This document shows positions 48,320 through 60,331 of a DNA stretch of 64,000 nt, one piece after another (positions within the stretch are counted from its first letter, which is position 1; every line of letters begins with the position of its first letter). The notes below the pieces were generated by a model. The model had not been told where the DNA came from and ran no database searches. It saw only the letters and a program-made list of their open reading frames with translations. The stretch spans positions 2,604,001 through 2,668,000 of the forward strand of contig JBHGNT010000017.1 in NCBI GenBank assembly GCA_043228905.1. Direction: 5' to 3'. The DNA comes from Azolla caroliniana. Taxonomy: Eukaryota > Plantae > Polypodiophyta. The translations under genes were made by a program, and so were the position numbers.

Positions 48320-51308
48320 TGACAAGAACACACGCTCCCTAAGCACAACGCTCGGTCACAACCGAGGCTAGGATCAAACACAGAAAACGGATAATGAACG
48401 CACGACACAGTGAAGAGAAGGGTACACAGGATGTTTACGTGGAAAAAACCCAATCTAAGGAAAAACCATGGCAGCCCACAGGCTGCAAACTATCACAATG
48501 TTACAATGTACAACAGTAAAGCACCGAGGCAACAACCTCGAGCTTTCTATCTTTGCCACAGGCGGCGGTTACAACAGAGGCAACGACCTCTTCCTCTCTG
48601 TCTCTCTCTCTGTACACAATTACGCTCTCAAATCTTGCACCAACAAGAAAATGACCACACATCTAGCAACTAAGTTTGCCCTAAGTCATATTCATACTAA
48701 TATGATTTTTCGGCTATTTACAAATATAGCCCCGATGGACTCTTAGAAACATATTTACGAATATGTCCCTTCATCCGGTGAGCACTCCCCACCGGGCCTG
48801 CATCATCCGGCGCAAGCCGGGCACACATCATTCGGTTCTCACCGGGTCTTCCGTAGCCGGGTACTCCACATCCGGTTCTCACCGGGTCTTTTGTTGCCGG
48901 GTACTCCACATTCGGATCTCACCGAGTCTTTTCACTTCCCATCCGGAGGGACCTGTTTCCTAAGAAACTCCCCCTTCACTTCGGCATGGGATGTCTTACT
49001 AGTCCGATCCGCTTCCGACATGCATCCAGTTTGTCGGGTAATAGTACTTTAGTCAGCATATTTGACCCGTTCTCGGCAGTGTGGATCTTCATCAACGCGA
49101 ACTCTCGATCTTCTACTCGCTCCCGGATCCAATGATACCTACGCTGGATGTGCTTTGTCCTGGAGTGGTACGTTGTGTTCTTAGCAAGGTGGATGGCACT
49201 TTGACTGTCACAATAGAGCCGGTATTCATCTTGCCGGATACCGAGCTCTCCGATGAAGTCCTTCATCCATAGTATTTCCTTGCCGGCTTCCACAGCCGCC
49301 ATGTACTCCGCTTCCGTGGTTGACAACGCAACCGTCTTCTGCAGCCTCGACTGCCACAAAATAGCTCCCCCCTGCATATGTCATTACATACCCGGATGTA
49401 GACCGGCTGGTATCCACATTAGCTGACATGTCCGAATCGGTAAAACCATCAAGTTGAGGTTTACCGGAGCCAAATTGGAGACACATGTTCGAAGTGCCCT
49501 TCAAGTACCGGAGTATCCATTTGACCGCGTTCCAATGCTCCTTGCCAAGATTACTCATAAACCGGCTCACCACTCCGACTGCGTATCCTATATCCGGTCG
49601 GGTACACACCATTGCGTACATTAAGCTCCCGATGGAAGAGGCATATGGAACCTTCATCATATCAGCCTTCTCTGCTTTCGTCTTCGGGCTTTGCTTACCG
49701 GATAATTTGCAGTTTGTCGGGAGTGTCGATCCGACCGGTTTCACTTCTAACATGTTGAGCCGCTGAAGCACCTTTGTCACGTACTTCTCCTGTGACAACC
49801 ACAATTGCTTCGTTGGCCGGTTCCAGATGATATGCATCCCCAGCATCTGTCTTGCCGGACCCAAGTCTTTCATTGCGAAAGTTCGATTGAGAGCCTTCTT
49901 CAGCATGCGTATTCTGGCTTGGTCCCATCCGACGATCAACATGTCGTCCACGTACAGAAGGAGTATCAGGAAGTCGCCTCCTTCGAACTTCTTCACAAAC
50001 ACGCAGTGATCGGCCTGTGTCTTGTGGTACCCTTAATCTGTCATGAAGGAGTCGAACTTCCGGTACAGGCTCTTCTTCAACCGGCAAACCAAGCGCTCCT
50101 TCCCTTTCTCCACGAATCCTTCCGGTTGTTGCATGTAGATCTCCTCTTCGAGGTCACCGTGAAGGAATGACGTCTTCACGTCCAGCTGCTCTACCTTGAG
50201 GTCCATGCTTGCCGCTATACTCAGCACCGTCCGGATGGAGATCATCTTTACTACCAGGGAAAATATCTCGCCGAAGTCCACGCCCTTCTTCTGCTGGAAC
50301 CCCTTCACCACGATCCTGGCTTCGTATCTCGGGGGGTTGCCGGCATCTCCCGGTTTCAACTTGTACACCCACTTATTTCAGAGTGCCCGCTTCCCTTTCG
50401 GCAACTCCACCAATTCGTACGTATGGTTCTCATGCAGAGAATCCATCTCATCATGCATGGCACTTAACCATTTGCGACTGTGGGCGTCACTTTTAGCTTC
50501 CTCGAAGTTTTCTGGCTCCCCCTCATCGGTCAACAGCACATGCTCTACATCCGGAAATCTCCGGGGGGCCCTTCTCTCTTTGAGAGGATATCTCCGTCTT
50601 TGGGCTTCGGTAATCGGCTCCTCCATTTGCTCTTCATCCGAATCCGATTCGGGGAGTTGGCCAGTTCCGGTTTTAGCTTCCTCTACTTCTTCTTCTGTCG
50701 GTTCGACATCCTCACCGTAACCGGATGGTTCCTCGAGTGCTAACCGGTCTCTTGACGATTGGGTCTGCTCATCGGAGAATCGATCCTTACCGGTCGACTC
50801 GGAGTTCATTATCTTCTTCTCCGACTCCCAGTCGGCGAGCGTCTTGTCCTACATGAAGATAATATCTCGACTCCGGAATACCTTCTTGTCGACCGGGTCC
50901 CACACTTGGTAGCTGAACTCATCGTCGCCGTAACCGGGGAATATGCATGGCCGGGTCTTTGGATCTAACTTTCCTCTCCGGTCCTTAGCTACATGCACAT
51001 ACGCGAGACGCCCGAATACCTTTAGATGCCGGTAGGACACTTTCTTACTAGTCCATACTCTCTGCGGCGTGTCTCCGTCCAAGGGTATTGAGGGTAATCT
51101 GTTTATCACATATGTCGCCGTCGACAGTGCCTCAACCCAAAACTTCTTGGGTAGTTTTGCATGTGCCAGCATACTCCGAACCCTCTCCATTATGGTCCGG
51201 TTCATCCTCTCGGCCAGCCCGTTTAGTTCCGGCGTCTTCGGCACGGTAAATTCGAGCTGGATTCCCTTCGAGCGACAGTACTCCTCGAACTGCCCCCGGT
51301 ATTCACCC
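48320..51308 (-). mobile_element. Ty1/copia element A (Tnt1/Tork-like), 3' half: integrase C-part, RT, RNase H, PPT, 3' LTR
   Basis: PKTPELNGLAERMNRT, EQLDVKTSFLHGDL, LLLYVDDMLI, CTRPDIGYAVG, ALSTTEAEY and HSRTKHI. PPT GAAGGGGGAG near 48968..48977; LTR ~48320..48965. Several stops and frameshifts. Confidence 0.95.
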
Positions 51309-52550
51309 GTGAAAAGAACTCGTAAGCCGATTCGGCTACAACGATTATATGGCGTACCATTATGCCTTTATGATAGCTGCATGTGAATACAACGGCGCAG
51401 CGGTAGCTGCATGTGAAGTCGTATGGCTCAAGAGGATTTTCTAGGATCTGGGCGTCTCCGTCAAGTATCCAACTCCCATTTACTGCGACAACATGAGCAT
51501 TATATATCCTGTTCGGAACCTGGTGTTCCACGCACACACAAAGCATATCGAAGTGCATTATCACTTCATTCGAGAGCGCGTACAGGCCAGAGATGTCGAC
51601 CTTCAACACATCAACACGAATCTTCACCAAAGCCTTAGGAGCCGACAAGCTTCGGTAATTCATGTCGGACCTCGGATTGACGATTCCTGACTTGCCAAGC
51701 TTGAGGGGGGGTACAAACGAGAACCGGATACCGTCTGAACCGGGTACGAGCTGAAGCGAACACCGGAGATCGTCTGAACCGGATACCAGCCGAAGCGGAC
51801 ATCAATCAAAAGGAACCGACCCGAGTTGAGCTTGAGGGGGCGTGTTGAGAATCAAGCTCAACATAGTGTAACGTGTGAACCACCCTTTGAGCATCCATGA
51901 GCACTCAAAGGTCAAGAGTCATACCACTCTCTACACATTAAACTATGTGTCATAGAATCATATTCTATGACTGTGTGTGATCTATGTATCGATGGATTTA
52001 ACTCCTCGATGTCGTTTGCGGAGCTCGGACCGGCGTATACCCTTTTGATGGCGAATCGGGCGGAGGTAGTTGTCGGATACCTCCGAGCCTCACACTCACT
52101 TAACGGTTAATAGATTATTAAGCAAGATATCTCTCTCACTCTCTCAAGCTCTCTCTCATAGACAATAGATTAATAGACATAGGCAATAAGAAGGAAGAGT
52201 ATGTTCATTAACCCTCTTAGCTAAGAGTTCTAACACCAACGAGGAAGAGAGATTAGTGTTCTCTAATTAAACACTTCACTAATCTCTCTTAAACATAAGG
52301 GTTACAAGAAGGAGGAGAGGAAACTCTAGTTCTAATCAATAGGAGCTCTTTACAAATGGGAGACCCCCACAAAGCCACCACTAGGTGGTTTATATAGCAT
52401 TCACATTTAGGGTATGGGCCTTTCACATTTGGGTGTCCCTTAGCCTCTTTTCCTCTTCGTAGGTCCTTCAACGCTTACTACGTCCTTGTTGATGCGCTCT
52501 TCTTCATGAATGGTTGTGGTGCAATCCAAGCGCTTAACATCCCCCCCAAC

Positions 52551-53888
52551 CTAATGAGTGCACACTCCCGGGTGCACCGTAGGAGGGGAGCTTGGGGCGT
52601 CGGGGGCGAGAAGAATGGAGTAGGGGGGTTCGTCGGGGGGTGGTCGGTGGCGAAGATGGTGGCGAAGGCGTCGGATGTTGAGGGGTGGTAAGCGAATGTC
52701 TTGCATTTGATCGGTCGTTGTGAAGAAGTCTTTCTTAGGGCCAGCTATCCATGTGGAGGTGGTGCAGCTGGCGAAGTGAGAGGGGGGATTGCGACCAAAA
52801 CTAATGTAAGGGGGAAAGAAGCGTGTATCGATCATGGTTTCAAAATCCCGTTTGTAGGTGGCGGGGAGCACATTGATACGGGTCCAGAGGCCGACCAACT
52901 GACGACGAGTGGGGCCTTTATTTAAATCGAACGCAAGACCCCACTTCGGGTGGCAGTGTCGTTTGAAGGCCAGGGTCTCATAAGGGCCAACATCAAATAG
53001 TATGAGCAATAGTTGCAAGAAACGGAGGCTGGCTTGAATGTCAGGATCAGGGACGTCGAGGTAGGTACGGAGGAAACAACGCATGACGCGGATCATTCCA
53101 GCTTCCGTCGGGGATTCATGAGGCGGTTGTTGGAATACAGGCCAATTGAACCGGAGGGTGGGTAATCGTGCCTGGGCGGCGTGAAATTCGGGTCATGGCC
53201 AACGTCGCGGGAGGGGGAAAAAGGAGGGGTTGGTGCGGATCTCGGAGGGGTGTAGGGCGAACCATTCCCTGAACGACGGTTGCGCGAACCATGGGAGTCG
53301 CCACGGGGGTTGAATGCCGGGGGGTTCAGTGAGTGGGTCCACTACTTGGTGGAACCATCCCCGAGTTGAAGTGGGGTGGGTGGACGCCCAGGTAGACATC
53401 TTGTCGCGGTAAACATGGGGGTAAAGGAAAATATCGACCTGGGATTCAGAGGCGACTTCCGGGTAGTAGGTGTAGAGGCGAGTGAGCAGTAGGGGGGTTT
53501 CGCAGAAATCAAACTCCCAGGGGACGGGTGCAGCTGATTGACAATCAAGGCAAGTGTCCCAACCTGTGCCTTGTTCGATGTAGTCGAGAGCGGCTTGGAG
53601 GCCATGGGTGAGTTGGTAGCGATCGACCAAGTCAGAGTAGAACGCCGCGGCATTGAAGCGGGCACTAGTGTCGTGGAGGAGTGGAGGAGTGGTGAAGACG
53701 GGTGGTGGGAGTTGTTGGTGGAGCATGAGGTGCGCGAGGGGGTGGTTGAAAGGAAGGGCTTTGCGGAGGATGGTGTCCGTGAACGCCCGACCTAGGTGTG
53801 TGGCGACCCGCGAGTGTAGGGGGACAGGATCAACTGGTGGGGCGGTGTTTATCCGTGCGTTGAGGTGGAGGATTTGTCCATTCTTCAA
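52551..53888 (-). CDS. Unknown-function ORF (~445 codons, one in-frame TGA at 53193) in element C
   Basis: ORFs 53193..53888 and 52551..53096 are in the same frame, and the 32 codons between them (PEFHAAQARLPTLRFNW...) contain no stop. No protease, RT, RNase H or integrase motif was recognised. Confidence 0.6.
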
Positions 53889-56251
53889 TCTGGTCGAAAT
53901 TTAGGCTTGGGAGACTAAGTGACCCCTCGAACTGTTCGTGGCGTATGAGTTGGATGTATTCTTCGACTTTTTGTTTTTCAGCCACTGGGTTTGGGTATGC
54001 TGCGAGGTGTGCTGGCAGTTCTTGATTAGGGTTGGCCGGTATCATTTCTTCATCTCCCTCCAGTTCTTGAGTTTGTTGTGAGCGCTGTATAGATGCGTTT
54101 TTTCTGGATTTCTGTTTCTTCCGCAAGAGTGTGGGGAGGCCCTGGTCGTGGAACTGTAGGTTATGAGCTATTCTTTGAGCTCGTGTGATGACGTTGGCGC
54201 CAACTGTGGATGGTACGATAGATAGCAGATTTGTGCCAATTTTTTTCTTTTTTTCGGGGCAATCGGGTACTAAGTGTTCTTTACCGCATCCTGGGCATGA
54301 TGCTTCTCTTTGGAACCACTCGATAAGGTCCTGTGGGTGTTGGGCGAGGTTTTGTACCGGAACTTGTGGAGGTGTTTCGAGTGGTGGTTATCGGGGTCGC
54401 TGCGCCATCCTGTTGTAGTACTCATGTTTGGTGGGGCACTCACTACCCATGTGTGGACCCTGGCAATTGAAACATTTCAAATCTGACCGTCTGAGACCAT
54501 TATTGTTGCGGTATCCCATCGACGGGCCCCTCTGCTCTCCTCTCAAGACGTACACTGGTATTTGGTCCCCTTCGAAATCTATGAAGTGGGAGAGTACCTC
54601 TTCTTCGACACCGTACTCTCGGTATGAATCTTCATAGTCGGGCATACCTCCCCCAGCTTGGGTTTGGGTATCAACGGTGTTCTAGTTCGGCGAGGCGAGC
54701 TCCGATGCGTGGTAATGGAGGTTGTTGGGGAAGTATTGCCGAGAGTTGCTGGCGAGCAAGCGGCGGTGGTGAACGTGGATGCTCAACCATTGGTGTTTGG
54801 CTATACCTTCCGTTTGGGGCTTGCCAACAGTTTTCTTGAGAGTGCATCACGAAGGCTTTGCACCATTTACAGTATTGAGGTCTCCGTTGGTGGAGGAGGG
54901 GGCACTCATGCCCTGTGTGATGGCCATGGCACACCGCACACCAGACGTTTTCTCGTTGGGCGTATGCTAGGGGCCTTTCCATCCGAGGTGATTTCGGCGG
55001 TGCGAGTGGGGCGGAATCCAAGGGCTTCTCACGGTTGTTTGTGGGGGCTTGGGTGGGTATCCGTAACCCGCTCATTGAATCTTCGAAAGTCATTACTACT
55101 GTGCAAGCTTCAGCGAATGACCGACACATCCTGGCGATCAAGAAATTTTGGAGTGTCGGGTCGAACAACCCGTTGATGAAGCGTCTCATCAATTTGTCGT
55201 CAGACATCTTGTCGCTTGGGCTACAACGATGGTGGAGGCTTTTCGTGCGGCGTATGTAGTCTCTAACGGTCTCAGTCGCTTCTTGCTTGAGGGCAAAAAG
55301 CTGGTCGATCGGGTTCCATTTATTCCCTCGACGAGCGAAGTTTATCAGGAAATCTTCGATGACGTACTCGAAGTCAGCGACGATGTCTTCATTCAAGGTC
55401 CTAAACCAAATTCCAGCTTGGTCGTCGAGTGTAAGTCCGAATGCAGCCACTTTAGTGGTCTCGGTGAGGGGTTCATAAGCTCGGCATATCTGCTTGAACC
55501 TCTCTACGTGGTCGTATGCATCACCGAAACCAAGGAAACGGGGGACTAGTTTAGAAATGGAAGCGCTCTTCCCGCAGTCGTTTGTGGGGTTTCTCGAATC
55601 GTCGGCGGGCACTCGTTCTTTTTCCATCAATGCCACGAGGGTTTGGATGGATTGTAATGCCAGTGCAAGTTCGGCATTCGGGGGTGTTGAGGTAGTTTGG
55701 TCTGGTGTGGGGGTCACTTCTATACGCGGTGGGGTTGGAGGTCGTCGTGTGTGGGCTTCGTTCGGGCTGTTCCTTGTTGTGCTTGAATGTGGTGCGGGGT
55801 TGTGTTCGCGGTCCCGACGGTGCGTACGTGACGAGGCCTCTAGAAGATTAAGTTTTTGTTGTACTCGCGCAAACATGTCTTTCCTTTCTGCTAAAGCGGC
55901 TTCAATATCGCAGGTGACGCCTTCCGGTTGCCCCCTTTTTGCAAGTTGCACCGTCCATATGTTGATTTCTTGCTCTAGTGCGCGTAACTCCTGCATGGTG
56001 TCCCGTATATGGCGCTCGACGCTAAGTGGGTCTGCTATTGGGCTCTCTTGTAGTGGGGGTGTGTCGAGGGGTGCTTTGTTTGCTGGGCTTGATAAGAGGT
56101 TCATGGTTGGTAGTGTTCCCGGGGTTAGCCACCCTCCATGGTACTGAGACGGGTTAGATGGGTCAGCACCCTGTATTTGGTTGGTTTGTGTAGACTCCTC
56201 TTGGCGTGTGGGTCGGGTTTTGAACATCCCTGTCCATGAGGATCCGGCCAT
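53830..56251 (-). CDS. Gag-like polyprotein of element C (526-aa intact ORF 54671..56251 plus disrupted extension)
   Basis: Retrotrans_gag-like core FLGFGDAYDHVERF...AFGLTLDDQAGIWFRTL...LKQEATETVRDYIRR...FINGL with CCHC knuckles. The extension is broken by TGA 54671, a 1-nt shift near a G-run (~54650) and TAA 54388. Confidence 0.8.
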
Positions 56252-56273
56252 ATTCTCTTGTCAAGGGTTGCAG

Positions 56274-56305
<32 letters not shown>

Positions 56306-56344
56306 AAAATTTAAGTATTTATTTATAAGTGACTTTGTGGGTTT

Positions 56345-56760
56345 GGTGTGCTTTGATCTTTTGTCGAAAGATTTGGGTTCGTCGAAGGATGTGGGTTCGT
56401 CGGAAGATGATCTTTTGTCGAAGGATTTTGTCGAAAGATGATCTTTCGTCGAAGGATGTGGGTTCGTCGAACTTTGATCTTTCGTTGAAGGATGAGTGTT
56501 TGTCGAAAGATGATCTTTCGTCGAAGGATGTGGGTTCGTCGAACTTTGATCTTTCGTTGAAGGATGAGTGTTTGTCGAAAGATGATCTTTCGTCGAAGGA
56601 TGTGGGTTCGTCGAACTTTGATCTTTCGTTGAAGGATGAGTGTTTGTCGAAAGATGATCTTTCGTCGAAGGATGTGAGCTTGGCGAAGGATGTGGGTTCG
56701 TCGAACTTTGATCTTTCGTCGAAAGATACGGGTTCGTCGAAAGATGATCTTCGATGAACT
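56345..56760. repeat. 18-bp monomer array with 72-bp higher-order repeat in the element C leader
   Basis: GATGATCTTTCGTCGAAG-GATGTGGGTTCGTCGAAC-TTTGATCTTTCGTTGAAG-GATGAGTGTTTGTCGAAA occurs 3 times, with diverged flanking monomers. Confidence 0.95.
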
Positions 56761-57939
56761 TTGAGCGGGATCTTTGAATTATTATTTTTTGTGTTCACTC
56801 TTGCCCTACAACGGCGAAATCTCAACTATACTTAGTGTTAACCGAACGAATAGCTTGCTAATGTTCGGGCGATTAAGGAAGGATAAATTAAAAACAAAAA
56901 TGAACTTAATTAAACTATGAAATAGTGAGCAAAAACAAAAATAAAAATAAACGGAAAATGGTGGTTCCCTTTCGATTTCTTCCCTCGTCAAGTGGGTTGC
57001 CTACGAGTGTTTGACTACTCGAAATCGGCTTCAAGCGGCGGTCGTATCCCCGGCAGCGGCGCCAAATAGATGTGTGCGATCTATGTATCGATGGAGTTAA
57101 CTCCTCGATGTCGTTTGCGGAGCTCGGACCAGCGTATACCCTTTTGATGGCGAATCGGGCGGAGGTAGTTGTCGGATACCTCCGAGCCTCACACTCACTT
57201 AACGGTTAATAGATTATTAAGCAAGATATCTCTCTCACTCTCTCAAGCTCTCTCTCATAGACAATAGATTAATAGACATAGGCAATAAGAAGGAAGAGTA
57301 TGTTCATTAACCCTCTTAGCTAAGAGGTCTAACACCAACGAGGAAGAGAGATTAGTGTTCTCTAATTAAACACTTCACTAATCTCTCTTAAACTCAAGGG
57401 TTACAAGGAGGAGAGGAAACTCTAGTTCTAATCAATAGGAGCTCTTTACAAATGGGAGACCCCCACAAAGCCACCACTAGGTGGTTTATATAGCATTCAC
57501 ATTTAGGGTATGGGCCTTTCACATTTGGGTGTCCCTTAGCCTCTTTTCCTCTTCGTAGGTCCTTCAACGCTTACTACGTCCTTGTTGATGCGCTCTTCTT
57601 CATGAATGGTTGTGGTGCAATCCAAGCGCTTAACAATGACACATAACTAATGGGTTCCACATTCCCCATGACCATAAGACTTCACATTCCTCAAGGCTCT
57701 AGTGAGAGAGTGAACGTTTGTAGTGAGTAAATGAAGAGAGAGGGTGACCCTATATAAAGTACCTTCCTCCTACTTCATATTAAGTCGGTTGTGACTCCTT
57801 GTAATGCTACAGTTTTGTATCTCTATTCTACTTGTGAAATATACACCTTGAGTATTTTATTTGTCTTCCTTATCTATATTGTGTTCTCTTCTCTCCTCTG
57901 TTTTTCTCACACATAAACACACATATCTATTCCGCTACA

Positions 57940-58330
57940 CAAGAATCACCATCGTTTCTTTACAACCCTTAACAGTCATCAGTGTATTATTTGTGAAGCA
58001 ACCAAACCATAGATGTTCCTGCCTAGGTTGGAAGGTTGTAGAAAACGAAGAATATGTTGCTAATATGCTAGCAGTCATTATTTTGGCACCATGAACTGAT
58101 TGTAGATGTGCAAGATGATCTTCTTGTGGCATTTGTTGAAATTGAGTCAAAGTTCTTACAGATGCAGCTGGCCTATTATCCAATTTACTAGGCAAGGCGA
58201 GTTCACAAGCCCAACACTTTTCCTGCATTATCCTAAAATAGAGAATTGGCTAGAAGAGTCTAATTAAGTAAGGCATCCCACGTAGAAGGCCAGTTCTTAA
58301 GCGAAAATGATTTAATAACATCCTATGCTC
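57940..58330 (-). mobile_element. Probable upstream continuation of the LINE at 46819..48145
   Basis: A minus-strand open frame (57935..58228) runs straight into the copia B LTR end, on the same strand as the LINE on the other side of the stack. Confidence 0.45.
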
Positions 58331-58719
58331 TTATGATTCCTAGCAAAAACCTATTGGATGCAAGATCCCGCCTTAGCGTTTGCATTGATTTTAGGCTGAA
58401 TCAACACATTCCACACAAACTTTGGCAACTGTGGGAGGGCCAGTACCCCCCCCCAAAAAGCAACTTTGGCTACGTACCCACAAAGTTATACCTATACTGT
58501 ACTATATGTATCTCGAACTTTTGGCCTTTGAACAATTCTTCTTGCACTCAGACACAACCAAATAGAAATCCTCATTTTGATTTTTGTATGCAATATCTTT
58601 GCGTTGCCCCCTTTACAAGTTCATATCAATAATGTCGAGCTTTCGCTTCGAAGGATGTAAATCCCATATGGTCTTTTGTTTGTTTGTCTATACATGAGAA
58701 GAATTGGTCGATACGATTC

Positions 58720-58990
58720 CATTTGGGCCCTTCCTAAGGGAAAGTGAGTGAGTGGGCGGGTTGGGCTCCCTAGTGTGAAACCGCCCGTGCTATCTTCTTT
58801 AAAACCCTAACGTTTCTCCCCCTCAGAAACCCTAATTTGCTCTGTCTCTGTCTCTACCTCTGCCTCTGCTTCCACCTCCACCACTTGTTGTAGGCCTGAG
58901 AAAGAAGCAGAGGATTGCGAAGGAAAAGCTTCTGTGTTTCTTGCCCATCCTTGCCTCCAACAAGTGCTTCTCTCTCTCTCTCTCTCACCC
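58720..58990 (+). promoter_or_regulatory. Site II plus telo-box promoter-like region with CT-rich leader
   Basis: TGGGCC near 58724, TGGGCT near 58762, AAACCCTAA at 58802 and 58828, then pyrimidine-rich tracts. Confidence 0.55.
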
Positions 58991-60331
58991 TGGAATGGAA
59001 ATTCTACACGGGAAGCAGCACCAGCATCCCATCTCTTCTACACACGTACTGAACTTTCTCTTGAGATCCGAAGTTAGTCTCATTGATTTGCTAGAGATTT
59101 CCATTCTCGTGTATCGAATCAAACGTCTTTCTGATCCCACCTGTTTATGCAAGGCCGACTCGGTTTCCTTGTCCTATTTATTTGTTTTCATCATAAGGGA
59201 CAGCTTGACATTAGAATTGTGTGCATCTATATGCCTGAGAAAAAAGCAGGGGCTTTTGAAGGTTCTAATCCTGTGATCTTGCCTCTCGTCATCTCTAGGT
59301 AAATCGGAGTTTTAGGCTTCTCTGAGCAATTGTCGCTGTGAAGAGTTATTTTCAGTTATTCTTCACTCTATGGCAGTCTCATGGGAATGCACATTCACTT
59401 TGAATCATGTGTCGGACGCAAAGTTTCGTTTTGTTTAGGTATGGATTGAACTTATTTCCGAACTCATTATAGCAGTTTAGTGTGTCTTCATCCTGGGAAA
59501 AATCAGAGGTTTTTTGATCGATTTCTGGTTATGACCTCTTATCACCTCTAGGTATACTAATAACTGTGGACGCTTTCTAAATTGGTTTAGTTAATAACAG
59601 AACTCTTCCTTTGAGCACACAGAGACAGTCGGATTCTTATGCTATATGCCGCATTAGTACTTTTCAGTTTGTTTGATTGATCTTGTTAGGGTAAAAGGCA
59701 TACATTCGAACTTCAAGAACCTTCTAGTATGTTATGCTATGTGTTGGAAGAAAGTGAGGAAACCTATGGCCGAGAGATAGATCACTGAGATTATAAATCC
59801 CAAACCTGATAAGAATACAATTTACATTAATTTTGAAAGTAAAGAGAAGACAAAGCCATTAATTTGGAAGGTCTAAGGAAACAATGTCATAAATTTAAAA
59901 TTCAACCATATACTAATAAAATGGAAAACAAATCTTGAAACAGTATCAATAATCTACAAAATTCATGAATCTTACTCGTAACATTTGTTACAACAAATGA
60001 ATTTTAATTATTGGCACAATAATTGTCAAATTGTAAAACGTTTGCCATTAATATTGCCGTGGCAGTGATATACATCAGCAAATTATTTGTAGTCTCCAAT
60101 TGCCTTAACTATACTAACCCGTGTCTTCTCCACAATGCTGAAAAAAACTCTCCTGTATTTGGGTAAAGCATATAATAAATTTGCAGTCTTTCATAACAGA
60201 CACTCGTATGTAAATTGGCATGCAATAAAGTCTTTCTGTTTCTCAAGTGTGTTTTGCGTTTTGTTGGGTGCTGGAAAGCATTTAAGGTGAATGAAGAAAC
60301 GAATTGATATACCAACTTATATTTCTCTGTG

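Larger units (their letters stand above)
51972..57635 (-). mobile_element. Young non-autonomous LTR retrotransposon C (Athila/Tat-like PBS; gag plus unknown ORF; no pol)
   Basis: LTRs 51972..52539 and 57071..57635 (TG...CA; about 6 substitutions and one 3-bp indel by eye). TSD ATGAC at 51967..51971 and 57636..57640. PBS TGGCGCCGCTGCCGGGGA at 57047..57064. G-rich PPT near 52540..52553. Confidence 0.95.
51309..57939 (+). mobile_element. Ty1/copia element B 3' remnant (RNase H, PPT, 3' LTR split by element C)
   Basis: AACEVVWL...YCDN...FHAHTKHIEVHYHFIRERV. PPT ttgagggggcg is followed by an LTR starting TGTTG at 51843, interrupted at 51971, resuming at 57641 and ending ...CTACA at 57939. Confidence 0.9.

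Noticed and set aside
53905-53925. CTT-AGT-C resembling a Ty1/EST3 +1 frameshift site in element C
   Set aside because: The +1 frame reaches TAA a few codons later, before ORF2 opens.
53193-54673. TGA/TAA stops repaired by fern-type U-to-C editing
   Set aside because: That editing is known only in organelles. Methyl-C deamination explains nuclear TE stops more simply.
56345-56760. CRISPR-like appearance of the short palindromic repeats
   Set aside because: There are no unique spacers and no cas genes. It is a contiguous tandem array inside a eukaryotic LTR element.
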